Source: Cyanophora paradoxa CCMP329 (lineage: Eukaryota > Plantae > Glaucophyta). Taken from it: a stretch of DNA of 47,157 nt. Both the position numbers and the translations under genes were made by a program. Below, one piece after another: positions 10,705 to 21,922 of the stretch. A model generated the notes under the pieces. The model worked only from the letters and a program-made list of their open reading frames with translations. It made no database searches and was not told where the DNA came from. The DNA lies in assembly GCA_004431415.1 (NCBI GenBank), contig QPMI01000467.1:1-47157 (forward strand), given 5' to 3'. Positions within the stretch are counted from its first letter, which is position 1. Each line of letters opens with the position of its first letter.

Positions 10705-11514
10705 TTATAAACCGCGTTTATATCGCATCAATTTATTGCTATGGACTTGGCTTTTCACTTCTTTAGGGGCTTCCTCTTTCTCTGGAGGTTTCAGTTCATC
10801 TTCTTTCTTTTTTGGCTTTCTGTGGAAGCGAGGAAATGGGAAATCTTTCACAAGCTCAGCTTTATCTACATAGTATTTAACTGAGTAGTTTGCAGAGGAC
10901 CAAATAATATACTGATAGGAGTGAACATACTCTTCAAACATCTTGTAAAAATCCTCTTTATTTCGCATTATATTGTATTCTTCCTCTATGGCTTCAAGTT
11001 CTTTGCGATTTGCAGCACTTAGAAACATTGCATAGTCCGAATTAACTCGAATAGTCGAAGAGACTTTCCTTAGCTTTTGTGTGATGCAGATAATGGATAT
11101 TTTCGAATGGCGACCTCTGGAATACAGAGAGCCAATAATTTTATCACGAGTTAGGTCTACAATCTCATTATCTATAAGATCATCTAAAACTACACATAAC
11201 TGGTTAACAGGTTGACCTTTTTCTATTTTCTCTTGCCTTTCATCTAGCAATTTAGCAATGTAAGGGGCATCCCATTTTCCCAGTTGCAATGTTGCAACTT
11301 TATCCCAGAAATGATTGAAGCTGGTTCCACTCACAACTAATACAACATCAATCTTTTTGGCATCATGCAACTGCTTCAACCAATACTTCACAGCTTCTGA
11401 TTTACCAGTTGCTGATTTTCCTATTGCCAGTACACGAAATGGTGGCTCTATCATTTCACCAGCCACAAATTCATCCAAATCAGTCATTGTTGTATATCTT
11501 TCTAATAAAGACAT
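10705..11514 (-). CDS. A32-like (FtsK/HerA) DNA packaging ATPase
   Basis: Walker A GKSATGKS, Walker B VVLDDL, RGRHSKISIICITQ, IRVNSDY; intact 269 aa, adjacent to the capsid gene. Confidence 0.95.
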   Translation of the reverse strand: MSLLERYTTMTDLDEFVAGEMIEPPFRVLAIGKSATGKSEAVKYWLKQLHDAKKIDVVLVVSGTSFNHFWDKVATLQLGKWDAPYIAKLLDERQEKIEKGQPVNQLCVVLDDLIDNEIVDLTRDKIIGSLYSRGRHSKISIICITQKLRKVSSTIRVNSDYAMFLSAANRKELEAIEEEYNIMRNKEDFYKMFEEYVHSYQYIIWSSANYSVKYYVDKAELVKDFPFPRFHRKPKKKEDELKPPEKEEAPKEVKSQVHSNKLMRYKRGL

Positions 11515-11559
11515 ATAAAAATAATGCAGGGAGACTGAATATCGTCACAATCTACAAAT

Positions 11560-12916
11560 TTATACGACGAAGCCATCTTTGTCCAAATTATATAGAATGC
11601 ATGAGAGCGCGAACATTAACATCGATTACCTTATCTGAAGGCATGTACAGGGTGAGGAATGAAGAGGAGGAATTTGTTAAATCAACATAACCAGACTGGG
11701 CAATATTTCGAATTGCCTTCTCTCCATCAATGCAGAAACTTAAACCTGAAAGGACATAGCGATCAGCAACCTTATCCATGTTAGAGCATTTGAAGGCATC
11801 AGCAATTAGCTCAGCACCTTTGAGTAGGGAAATTGGCTCAGTGGCATAAAGTCGCTGTCCATTATTTCAACAGTGAAAGTAATATCTTTGGAGTTGGCAT
11901 AGGTCTTAAGAACACTGTGGGAGCCAGTGGATTTATCAACAGTTGCATTATCACGAACTGAAACAAGCAGAGCATAAACAAGACCTGAGATTTGAGAGAG
12001 GTTAATTCGATTGGGTTGGGCATTGCCCTTGGCAGGGAAAGCACTAGCATCTACAAATCCAATATCAAGGGAGGAATAGCCATGCCAGTAGTCTTTACTT
12101 TTTCAATTACAGTAGCGAAAAGCTCATCAGAAACATTAATAGCATGCATGTAAAGGCGAGGAGAAGTAATAGAAATGACAGGGTTGTTGCACCAAGAGTA
12201 AAGTCTGTGATGTTTTGACCAACATTTGCCAGAACAGTTTCAGCAGGGGCAGTTCCAAGACCGTCATCTTTTGAATAATCTACATCATCTGCTGCAACAG
12301 TAAGACCACGACCACCATAGGAAGTTTCAACATAACCCTTTCCAGCATCCTTAAACCAAACAGTAACAACCATTTCACCAGATAAAGCACCAAGGGGAAG
12401 GTAGTGATTTAGCCAAGGCACAGGAATTTCAACGAAAAATGAGCCACCAAGGCGGTTGGTTCCATGAGCAGGAATGCCATGAACCATGCCCATTGATCGC
12501 TTCTTTTTAGCTAGTTGATCCTCCGAATAATAGACCAGGGGGAAATGAGCAAGGAAATCAGATGGAATATGGTAGGTGTAAGATCCATAGGTAATTTCAA
12601 GTCGCTGAACTAAAGCACCAACTGGGCGAGTGTATCCATTGCGAACTAGGTCAGTATCACCAGCAAAAGTGATGGCTGGAAGGTCGAAAGCAAGTTCGAG
12701 TTTTCCACAGAAATTGTAGCGAGGTAGCTTGAAGGAAATGCGATTTCCAACATTATTCTCAAAAGTATTGCTGGGATTCACAACAACTAGAACTGGCTTA
12801 GATTTGGATTCGAGACCAAGCATAAGGGAGTTATCCAGGAAAAAGGCTTTCGCCTCCTCTGGGGTTGTTAGGGCTTCTTTCAGCGAAAGTCTTTGAAGAG
12901 TGGAAGTGATATCCAT
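11560..12916 (-). CDS. Double jelly-roll major capsid protein (~450 aa), frameshifted in the 3' half
   Basis: GNRISFKLPR...LELAFDLP, LVQRLEITYG, FVEIPVPW...LPLGAL...VTVWFK and the C-terminal QSGYVDLT...VNVRAL follow the PLV/NCLDV MCP pattern; lies between ATPase and penton genes; ATG at 12916. Confidence 0.8.
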
Positions 12917-12969
12917 TATATTCTCTTTTATTATACTGCAACATAAAAAATCTACCAATGATCCTTAAT

Positions 12970-13977
12970 TTATGCGAAGCTTGTAATAACTGGATAGGAA
13001 GGGTGAAGCTGCGACATTCTCATCTTAAAGTATTCATAAACTGGGTCTCCTGCTGGCTCATCACCATAGCGAATTTCAAAGGTCAGATGAACAGGTTGAC
13101 CCTCAAAATCAATTGGTTCATTTACAGCATTAACAATATCAACCGAGAAAGTGGATAATCCAACCTTTTTGTTATAGTATTTATAAAGTGGATGAGCCTC
13201 TGTTGAATTGTAAACAACATGCTCACCATAATCTTTGTCAGGAACCACTATTTTATGAAAGTAACCAGTCAGAAGACCATCCCCACATTGAACCAGATCA
13301 CCCAGCTCCTTTACTCTCACAAACAAAACACTGTCCCTGGTCTTCTCAGGCTCAAAAGAAGATATAATGCCATTCACTCGACCATCAGTAAAGATTCCAT
13401 CAGTGAGAGCATCATAAACTTGGATTTGATTGGGGAATTCCCATATCTTCCAGGATCAAGACCAAGCAGTCTAGCTGAACTCAATAGCTTTTGGATTGTT
13501 TGTTGGCTTGGGTTTACAGCAAGTGAGAAAGCCAGGTAAAAAGCACTGCCGAGTGGAATATAATTCGTTTCAGTGACTCATCCCATTTGCAGCGAATGGA
13601 TGGTTGGGAGTTCTGCCAATGAATTTTGAGTTGATTACATTCACCAGCTGTTGGTGGCTTTGGATGGGGGTCTCGCGATTTACCATGAATTGTTTCCATT
13701 GTTCAAAATCAGCAGCTGGGCGAGTTGTTGGAATTCCTGAGCTTCCAGCTCCTGGAGTTTGTTCCGAATAATAAATACTAAATGTGTTATCAACTGTGAC
13801 ATCTCCTGCTTTGGTTTCACCACTCACCATAGGGATGCTGTTATAAAATTCGGCTGAGACCAGTCTCACAGCCCTCACATTCTCATAACTACTGGGGAGT
13901 CGAGCCACAAAGCTTGATGTGGGACCATCACCAGAGATTGTATTAAATGAGCTAACCTCGATGTAATCCACAGGCAT
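12970..13977 (-). CDS. Minor capsid (penton, single jelly-roll) protein 1, frameshifted
   Basis: N-terminal YIEVSS...FVARLPSSYENVRAVRLVSAEFYNS and C-terminal LSTFSVDIVNAVNEPIDFEGQPVHLTFEI are penton-like. Confidence 0.75.
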
Positions 13978-14006
13978 TCTTCTTTTATCTATATTTATAT
14001 ATTAAA

Positions 14007-14938
14007 ATGAACCGGCTCGTTAATATTGATAGCAGGGATAGAAGCCAAGGACAAAATGAAAACTCTTACAGGGTCACCCTCACAACTCCAGTAGAGAGAC
14101 CAAGGGAATGCAGGGTTCTATATGCAGAGATTCCAAACAGTATCTATAACAGTGTGGGAACTGATCATCTAACAGTTCAGTTTAATTACCAAGATGGTTC
14201 ATATAACCAAGTGATCACACAACAAGTGTATCCCTTCCCAGTGGCTACATCAATCAGGGTCATTTTGGGGTCACACACCCTTATAATTATGGGCTGAACT
14301 ATTCAAGCTTCCAAACTATTGCAGGCAAAACAGTAGCTTTTGAGTTCAAGATATTCTATAACCCAACTACCTATAAAGTGGAGTTTTACAGTAACCATGA
14401 GTTTCGTTTTATTGCAAGCAACCAGAGAATAGGGAAGCTTTTGGGTGTGAGTTCTACTGAATACACCAATGGGTATTATAGCACTCCTCCTGTTGGTGGA
14501 TCACCCTATCGACCTGAGAACCTTTTAAAGTATGATGGTAAACCTATTACACCTGATCACCCAGCATGGGGAATCACCTTCTCAGGACCCAGACTCTCCT
14601 CAAAGCCCTTGCAGTATTATTTTGACAGCAGGAAGATGTCTGATATGAATGCTGAGCAGTATCTGTACATGCATATTAAAGAGCTAGCCCCCTTTGCCAG
14701 CAGACACAATATAATTCCGAAATCGCAACCACATAACCAGGGGGCTATCCTTAGATTACAATTGAGTAAGGATATAGGTGGCTATGTTTACCATAGTGGT
14801 GAGCATGCAGAATTCATTCAGATAAATGACAGAAATCTGGTGATAAGGGAACTCACAGTTGAGTTTAAAGATTACTTTGGTGAACTGATTGATATGAATG
14901 GAATCGATAATTCGTTTCAGTTGGAGTTTATCGAATAA
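14007..14938 (+). CDS. Minor capsid (penton) protein 2, frameshifted near 14240-14300
   Basis: LVNIDSRDR...YRVTL...AEIPNSIYN at the N-terminus; YLYMHIKEL; IRELTVEFKDYFGELIDMNGIDNSFQLEF at the C-terminus. Confidence 0.8.
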
Positions 14939-16484
14939 AGGCACCTGTGAAATCAACTCTCATTGTGGGAGCATTCACATACACAAGGGGATAAATGCGA
15001 ATATATTTGATTCTCAGAGAAAAACCTATGTAAAAAGCATCCTTGATGCTGAGAGGAAATCCACTCAATAGAGCCATATCACCTGAGTTGTGAGCATTGT
15101 TGATGTTCTCACAGACATACATTTTGTTTTGCCCATCTGATCGAATAAAAGACCAGTTGATCCCATCAGTGGATGTTGCCACATTGAAAGTCTTAATAAA
15201 AGCATTGGTGTCCCCTGAGCCATAGGCAATCACAGAGGAGAGTTCAAAAGTGTATGGGAAAGCAACTTGAAGGTATTCAGTGGGGGTTTCCCATATCTGC
15301 TCAGGAGCATAGGCTCCAGCTTCCCAGCCAAATGCTGAAGGTCTAGCCATGAAAGGCTCTTTACCTGTCACAGAGGATGAGGCAGTAAAGGCATCATCTG
15401 CAAGCTGATACCAATTAGCATCCAAAGGTGGTGATGTAGTGAGAGTGGATGAGATGTAAGCCTTTGTAGGGTTCTTTAGTTCATAGTTTGCTACTAGAAG
15501 GCTGCAAAGCTTATTGATCATATCATTGTTTGCTGCTATGTATGTTTCTGTGAAAGAAAGCATATCTGGGATTTTAGAAGTGTCATCAAGGGAGCTTACT
15601 ATATGATTTGGAAGAGGTACTGATAGCCTGTAATATCTCCCATAATCCTGATCATAGTTGTAGGGTAACAACTCCTCCATCTTATCAAGGGCAGATAGCT
15701 CACTTGCAGCCATGAGCATGTTAATCAATGGGCTTCCATCTGTTGAGGCAATCCATGAGAGAATGCCCCAGCTGTTTACAGTCTCATAAGCATAACCCAC
15801 ATAATCAGACTCTAAATGTGGGTCTACCTCTCCACAAGAGATACTTATTACTATAATTTCATCATCATCATTGTAAATTTTCTTTGCATGGCTGTAACCA
15901 CACACACTGGGATTATTGTTTCCAGAAATGGCACCATCAATGAGACAGACATATACTCCCCGATTGAAATCAACAATGCTTACAGGAGAGAAATATGTAG
16001 GAGCAGCAGAAGTAGCCCTGGCAGCAATCTTACAAGGCATAAAGTTGTAATTGTTGTCATTTGTGATAAATATTGGTTTCATATTCTGAGTATCAAAGGA
16101 TGTGATCACAATGTCCTTTAGGGAATCCTGTATGAGTGATTCACCAGTAACTGAATTGATTGCAGTCTCCAAGGGTCCCACATCATACTTTGTGTTAAAT
16201 AGGGCATTTTCAATGATATTTCGAGGATTTGCGAAAATCAAAGGCAGTTGAGTTAGGTAAATATTGTGTAAATCGTTTGCTGTCAGTTTAGGTTCACCTG
16301 GTCTATCAGGATGCCTTATATTCAAACCTATTGCAATGATCCCACCAGTGGAAGTTCCACTCACAAGATCCACAAGATCGATTATTCTCCTGCCAGTTCG
16401 ATTTTCGATTTCTTTTAGCAGCCTGGTTATGATAATGCCCCTTGCACCCCCGCCAGAAAGACTTAAAACGACCTTGAGAGGCAT
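14928..16484 (-). CDS. Patatin-like phospholipase fused to a C-terminal F5/8 type C (discoidin) domain
   Basis: LSLSGGGARG oxyanion motif, GTSTG nucleophile elbow, ARATSAAPTYF, LIDGA; C-terminal EYLQVAF...STDGINW...KYIRIYPL...MRVDFTG. Intact 518 aa. Confidence 0.92.
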   Translation of the reverse strand: MPLKVVLSLSGGGARGIIITRLLKEIENRTGRRIIDLVDLVSGTSTGGIIAIGLNIRHPDRPGEPKLTANDLHNIYLTQLPLIFANPRNIIENALFNTKYDVGPLETAINSVTGESLIQDSLKDIVITSFDTQNMKPIFITNDNNYNFMPCKIAARATSAAPTYFSPVSIVDFNRGVYVCLIDGAISGNNNPSVCGYSHAKKIYNDDDEIIVISISCGEVDPHLESDYVGYAYETVNSWGILSWIASTDGSPLINMLMAASELSALDKMEELLPYNYDQDYGRYYRLSVPLPNHIVSSLDDTSKIPDMLSFTETYIAANNDMINKLCSLLVANYELKNPTKAYISSTLTTSPPLDANWYQLADDAFTASSSVTGKEPFMARPSAFGWEAGAYAPEQIWETPTEYLQVAFPYTFELSSVIAYGSGDTNAFIKTFNVATSTDGINWSFIRSDGQNKMYVCENINNAHNSGDMALLSGFPLSIKDAFYIGFSLRIKYIRIYPLVYVNAPTMRVDFTGAFIR

Positions 16485-16527
16485 CTTTTACTTATCAGGA
16501 ATTTTATAAATCCATATAGTAAAAGCC

Positions 16528-19500
16528 ATGAGCTTCAATTACCCACCAAATCTAGAAACCATTCAAGATGATAATGCAAGCAGCACCAAGCATGTGAACT
16601 TTGATAATATTAAAGTAAAGGGTTCAGTTTCAATTGACCACAGCTCTGATAATTCATCAAAGACTCAATCAAGGGAGCATGCTTTATCTGTGAATCAAAC
16701 CGATCCAGATAAAGAGGATGTCAGTGTTGCTTTTAGTTTGGGTAATGTGAAAGCCAACCAAGTAGCAGAGATCAAAGCAACAAGAAGGAGACCTAGGAAA
16801 CTAAAAACCAGTGGCACTCACCCAGATATACCTTCCAGGTTCGATAGTGGTCGATTGATTTTCAATGTTCAAGATGAGCAGGGCAAACAGAACACAGCTT
16901 TGCGAATTTACAATGAGGGCAGCACTCCAAAAGCAGAGGTCCCCCAGGTATTGCAAGTTGGTCCTATTGCCAATACAAATCAGGTCTCCTACACAAATGA
17001 TGTCTACCCCAAGGATATTACATATGACTTTGCAAGAAATGAGCCTTTTGGTTTCTTTACTCCAAAAGATGTCCATCAAAAAAAGCCATCAATTACAATC
17101 AACAGTAGCCCCAGTCAGCCAGTAGCAATCCATTTACATCCTGATTTAGTCGAAATGGATAGGCACCTTTTGCCTTTGTATAGCAATGTGAAAGACCTTG
17201 GAATTAGAACCAGGCAATGGCGAAATATCCATGGCAGCAATGTGTATGCAAATGGAGAGAAGCTTGTTAGTGAGAAAACTCTAAGGGAAATCATTGAGCA
17301 TTATGGTCCCAATGGACCTACTGTCCCATTCCCTATTCCATTTCCCAATGGACCACCCGATCTAACACCAAAGAAACAGCCTGGAAGAGAATACACAGCA
17401 ACTGAAGATGTAGCCTTTGGGCAGCATATTGTTAGTTGGGAGCAAGTTCGCAATAAACCTATAATTGAACCCAGAAAGCAAATAGATGAGCAGTATTTAC
17501 CTCCTGAAGTCGATATATTAGAGCTTGATGAATATCAATTCGTTCCAGATGAGGAAGAATATTTACCAGATGGTTTTGACCCACAAGAATATGAATATGA
17601 TCAGTTTGACCCAATGAGGAGGAGATACTACCAGATGGCTTAGATCCCAAGAGTTTGAGTATGAGCAGAACTATGAACCTGATGAGGAGTATTTGCCAGA
17701 TGGGCATGATCCACCAGCTGTTGATTATGAGCAACCTTATGAACCCCATGAGGAATTATTACCAGATGGATTTCGACCTGAGATCTGGGAGTTCTTTCCT
17801 GATTATGAACAAATTAATAATAAACCTGCAAAGTATCCCCAGAGGATCACAATCATGATTGGGATGAGATCTTAGGCAAACCTCAGAAGTATCCACCAGA
17901 AGATCACAGGCATGATTGGGGTGAAATTGATGGGATTCCAACTGAGTTCCCACCAAGCAAACATGAACATATTTGGGATGAGATCAATGACCAACCAGAA
18001 TTCGCAAAGGTGGAGCCTCTTGATAACTTGGGGGTTTCTCTTTACCAGACTTGTAATATCCCTGAAAGAATCTTTTTGAATGAACACTATGTACATGTGA
18101 ATGGGACACTTGCAAATTCAGCTATGAGAGGACCACTTCATATTAGGACATTACCAGGCTCTTTTGAAACCCACCACCACCAGGAGCAACCATACCAAAT
18201 ATCTTTGTGTCAAGCTACATGGAGGCTGACATTCCCACAGATACATTCAGAGTCCCAACAGACCCAGCAACCTACCAAAATTACAACTCTGCTATACAGG
18301 TTCATGTAGCAGATGTAAGCAGCTTAGATGGCTCAAGACCAATGATAGTTTTCAGTCGAGATAAGTATTCCTACATTCCCATAGTGGGAACTGCAAATGA
18401 TAATTATGGAAGGGCAGAGCTTGCATGGATTAAAACAGATTATGGTGGGGTTCTGGAAGCCAATCAAAGAATGGCTGCAAAAAACATACACAATGAGAGC
18501 ATTTCGAGAGTGGTCACAGAGGATTACCTTACTGCTGTTGTTCTTGTGAATATAGTCACCCTTGCTATGCTCGCAAATTATGTAACTAAAAATGAACTTG
18601 CAGTCGAATTATCAAAGTATCTTCTTAAAACTGGTGGAACAATCACAGGGGACCTAACTGTCACCAGTAACCTTTACACAAGTAACCTTTATGCAAGTAA
18701 TATAACTGTTGATTATCTTACTGTTACATCTAATGCAAACCTTCCACATCATCCAACTTCAAATGTTGTGATAGGGTGGATTGAAAACCATACACACACC
18801 AAAGACCAAATTGTAGACTTTGATCACACACATGCCTGGTCAAATATTGTGGACAGACCATTGACTTTCCCCCCAGATGATCACACACATGCCTGGTCGA
18901 ATATTGTGGACAAACCTATCACCTTCCCTCCTGATACTCACACTCATGATTATACCCAGATCACCAACTGTAACCACAGACACCCTTGGAGTGAAATTGA
19001 CCAGCAACCCAAATTTGCATCTGCAGGCAATCTGTTAACAGACTTCCCAAATGGTGTGAGTCTTTACCAGAGTAATACCATACCTGAAAGGCTACAACTA
19101 AATGATTATTATGTCAATCGAAAGGGTATTGATGCAGGGACCACTATGGAAGGTGAATTATACATTAGACCCCCTACAAGAATGCAGATGATTGCAGCAG
19201 GTGGAAACTTTGGAGCATTGGACACCAAACCAGGTATCTATTTAACCAGTTACTATGCTGATGACATCCCAATGACAGGAGGTTTACTATCACTACCATC
19301 TGATCCAGTCAACTATGATGACAAAGATGCAGCAATCCAAATTAATGTTACTGATGTGAGTGATTTGGATGGTTCAAGACCAAAATTAATATTTAGCAGA
19401 GAGAGACTGTTACCTGATGCTGTTCTAGGAAATCGAGATGACTACAAGAGATGTGAGATGGCATGGATAAAACGAATTATAATGGTGGAGTGGGTGAGGG

Positions 19501-20830
19501 AGTTTTAGAAATTAATCAAAGGGCAGCAGCAAAGAATATTCACAATGAGACCATATCAAGAGTGGTGACAGAGGATTACCTTCAAGCCCAGAACTACATA
19601 GATGAAACAGAACTTAATACAGTCATTGCAGGTATAGGAGTCACAGGCAATTACCTCCCTCTCACAGGTGGGATTATTGATGGAACAGTAACAGCATGCA
19701 ACTTCTTTGTCCACACTGAAAGCAATCAAACTTTTCCTGTGGTTCACCCAGGAGGTGAATATGAGATTCCAGTTGATCCTGCTATAATGCCTATCAAGAT
19801 TGATCTACCTTCTGATTATGTTGGAAGGGGTGAACTGAAGACCATTTCATTCACAGGAGATTATAATGATCTCATAAATAAACCTACTGCTGCAAATTTG
19901 CACCCTGTTGCATTTTCGGGTAGTTTCCTTGATCTTAATAATAGATCACACACCCACACAAAGGCAGAGATCACGGATTTCGCACACACCCACACAAAAT
20001 CACAAATTACAGATTTTGCACACTACCACACAAGAGCAGATATTACGAATTTCGCTCACACTCATGTTAAATCTGAGATCTTAGATCTCGGAAATGTTGC
20101 ATATGTTGGTCACACCCATACCAAGGCAGAGATTACAGATCTTGGAAATGTTGCATATGTTGGTCACACCCACACTAAGGCAGAGATTACAGATTTTGCA
20201 CATACTCATGATTGGAATACAGATATTTATAACAAACCAGCAATTTTCTCGGGCAACTACAATGATCTGACCAATAGACCAACTCTTGATCCATTCACAG
20301 CCACCACAATCAGAGCCAACAACACAATGTATGTAGGATCAGGTCAGATTGTAGAACCAGCAGGACCTATGTTTGAAGAAACATGGTTCTTCCACAATTC
20401 GCAAAATTACTTTGATAAAACCTTACTTGTGAGAGGGAATGCCTATGCAAGGAATTTCTATGCTATGAACCCTTCAAATAATCAGACTATCAGTAGATGC
20501 ATTACAGAAGCAGATCTTTCCAGTCAACTCAATGCATATTTTAATGGGAAAATTCAAGCAGGAACGTATGTTTACACTACTCCTTATCTTTGGGCAAACC
20601 CTGACCATAGGTTTAACCTCACTATTAATTTCAACAGCAGCTTTGCTAACCCTCCTATTGTAACAACCGGTATACAACACAATGAGACAGCCTACTACTA
20701 TCGAATGTATGTTAGGCTTAAACAAGTTTACAGTAGCTATTTCACTTGTGAGCTTGACATAGTTCCATTAAGTTCTTTTGACAGACCAGGATTTCCAGTT
20801 ACAATTCATTACATTGCTGTCGCAATTTAA
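16528..20830 (+). CDS. Giant fibre/spike-like protein (~1,400 aa if frameshifts are corrected) with HxH repeats and an H-type-lectin/gp53-like C-terminus
   Basis: ORFs 16528-17643, 17693-17875, 18010-18309, 18207-19508 and 19463-20830 join by frameshifts. Contains LLP...KDLGIRTRQWRNI, EYLPDG repeats, HxHxWxxIxxKPxxFPP repeats, HTHTKAEITDF repeats, a duplicated ~170-aa module, and terminal INFNSSFANPPIVTT...IHYIAV. Confidence 0.75.
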
Positions 20831-20849
20831 CTATTTCGTAATTATAAAG

Positions 20850-21899
20850 ATGACCTCCCTTTTAGAGATTCCAAACTATGAACTTGCAGCCAAATCACTC
20901 CACAGCACCTCTCATGAAGTAGTTGATTCAACACCTGGGTATATTTGCACTGAAACTTCAAGTAATACCTCTTTCACAGAGAATAATATACTCAGAGTCA
21001 AAGAAATTCGATGTGATCGAAATGGAGGCAAGATACGAACCACAGGTATTATTATCTCTAATAAAAATCAGGTTCAAGCAGGTCAAGTAGTCCCCGATTC
21101 AGCAGTTTATGATAATGTAGGTGGATTCACCACAGCACAGATAGTTACTTTTGGTAACACAAGCAATAATTCGGCTCTTGTAGTAAAGAGTGGAGGGGCA
21201 TACATTGGAGATGGAGCAATTGTGGTGGGGACTGTCACAGCAAATCAATTTAATGTGAGTGGGACAAGTTCATTCACAGGATTGATGACCTTCAATGGTG
21301 GACTATCAGGAGATGTTCAGTATGGAACTATCACAGCTACTACAAGAATTAATGCACCCGAAATAGATAACGGGATAGATGCAAATATGAATTACAAACG
21401 AAATGGAAATACAATATTTTCACTCGAAAAGACATTAGAAAATCTGAATGCAATGACATTTCCCACAAATAGTGGTCTTAAACGAAACTATTGCCCCCGA
21501 CTGTGTATTACAGGGCAAGTTCCTGGTGTGTCAGGGACAGTAACAATTCCAGCAGAAACTTACATCCCTTTCACAAATGGAACTTATATTGTAAACAGTC
21601 ACGGTAGTTTTGATGGGGCAACAACATTCACAGCACCTGTATCAGGAGTTTACAGTGTGTATTTTACAGCAAACAGATTAGGTTCAAATACAAATTCTAC
21701 TACTATTAATATTGAAAAGAATGGATTCGACTTTACTCATTACATGAGATCTGCAATCATGGGCAATAATGCTACAGTATCACTCCAAACTCTGTTACCT
21801 TTAATTGAAGGAGATTCCATTCGAATAAAAAATCGTTCTTCATCAACTTTATTTGATACCATATACTTTTTAGTAATTCACCTTGTGAGTGTTACATAA
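20850..21899 (+). CDS. Fibre paralogue 1: shared N-terminal module plus C1q/TNF-like head
   Basis: KEIRCDRNGGKIRTT and SALVVKSGGAYIG; C-terminal FDGATTFTAPVSGVYSVYF...LIEGDSI (C1q pattern). ATG at 20850, in frame with ORF 20778-21899. Confidence 0.8.
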   Translation: MTSLLEIPNYELAAKSLHSTSHEVVDSTPGYICTETSSNTSFTENNILRVKEIRCDRNGGKIRTTGIIISNKNQVQAGQVVPDSAVYDNVGGFTTAQIVTFGNTSNNSALVVKSGGAYIGDGAIVVGTVTANQFNVSGTSSFTGLMTFNGGLSGDVQYGTITATTRINAPEIDNGIDANMNYKRNGNTIFSLEKTLENLNAMTFPTNSGLKRNYCPRLCITGQVPGVSGTVTIPAETYIPFTNGTYIVNSHGSFDGATTFTAPVSGVYSVYFTANRLGSNTNSTTINIEKNGFDFTHYMRSAIMGNNATVSLQTLLPLIEGDSIRIKNRSSSTLFDTIYFLVIHLVSVT

Positions 21900-21922
21900 A
21901 TATTATCTGTATAAAATAAAGA

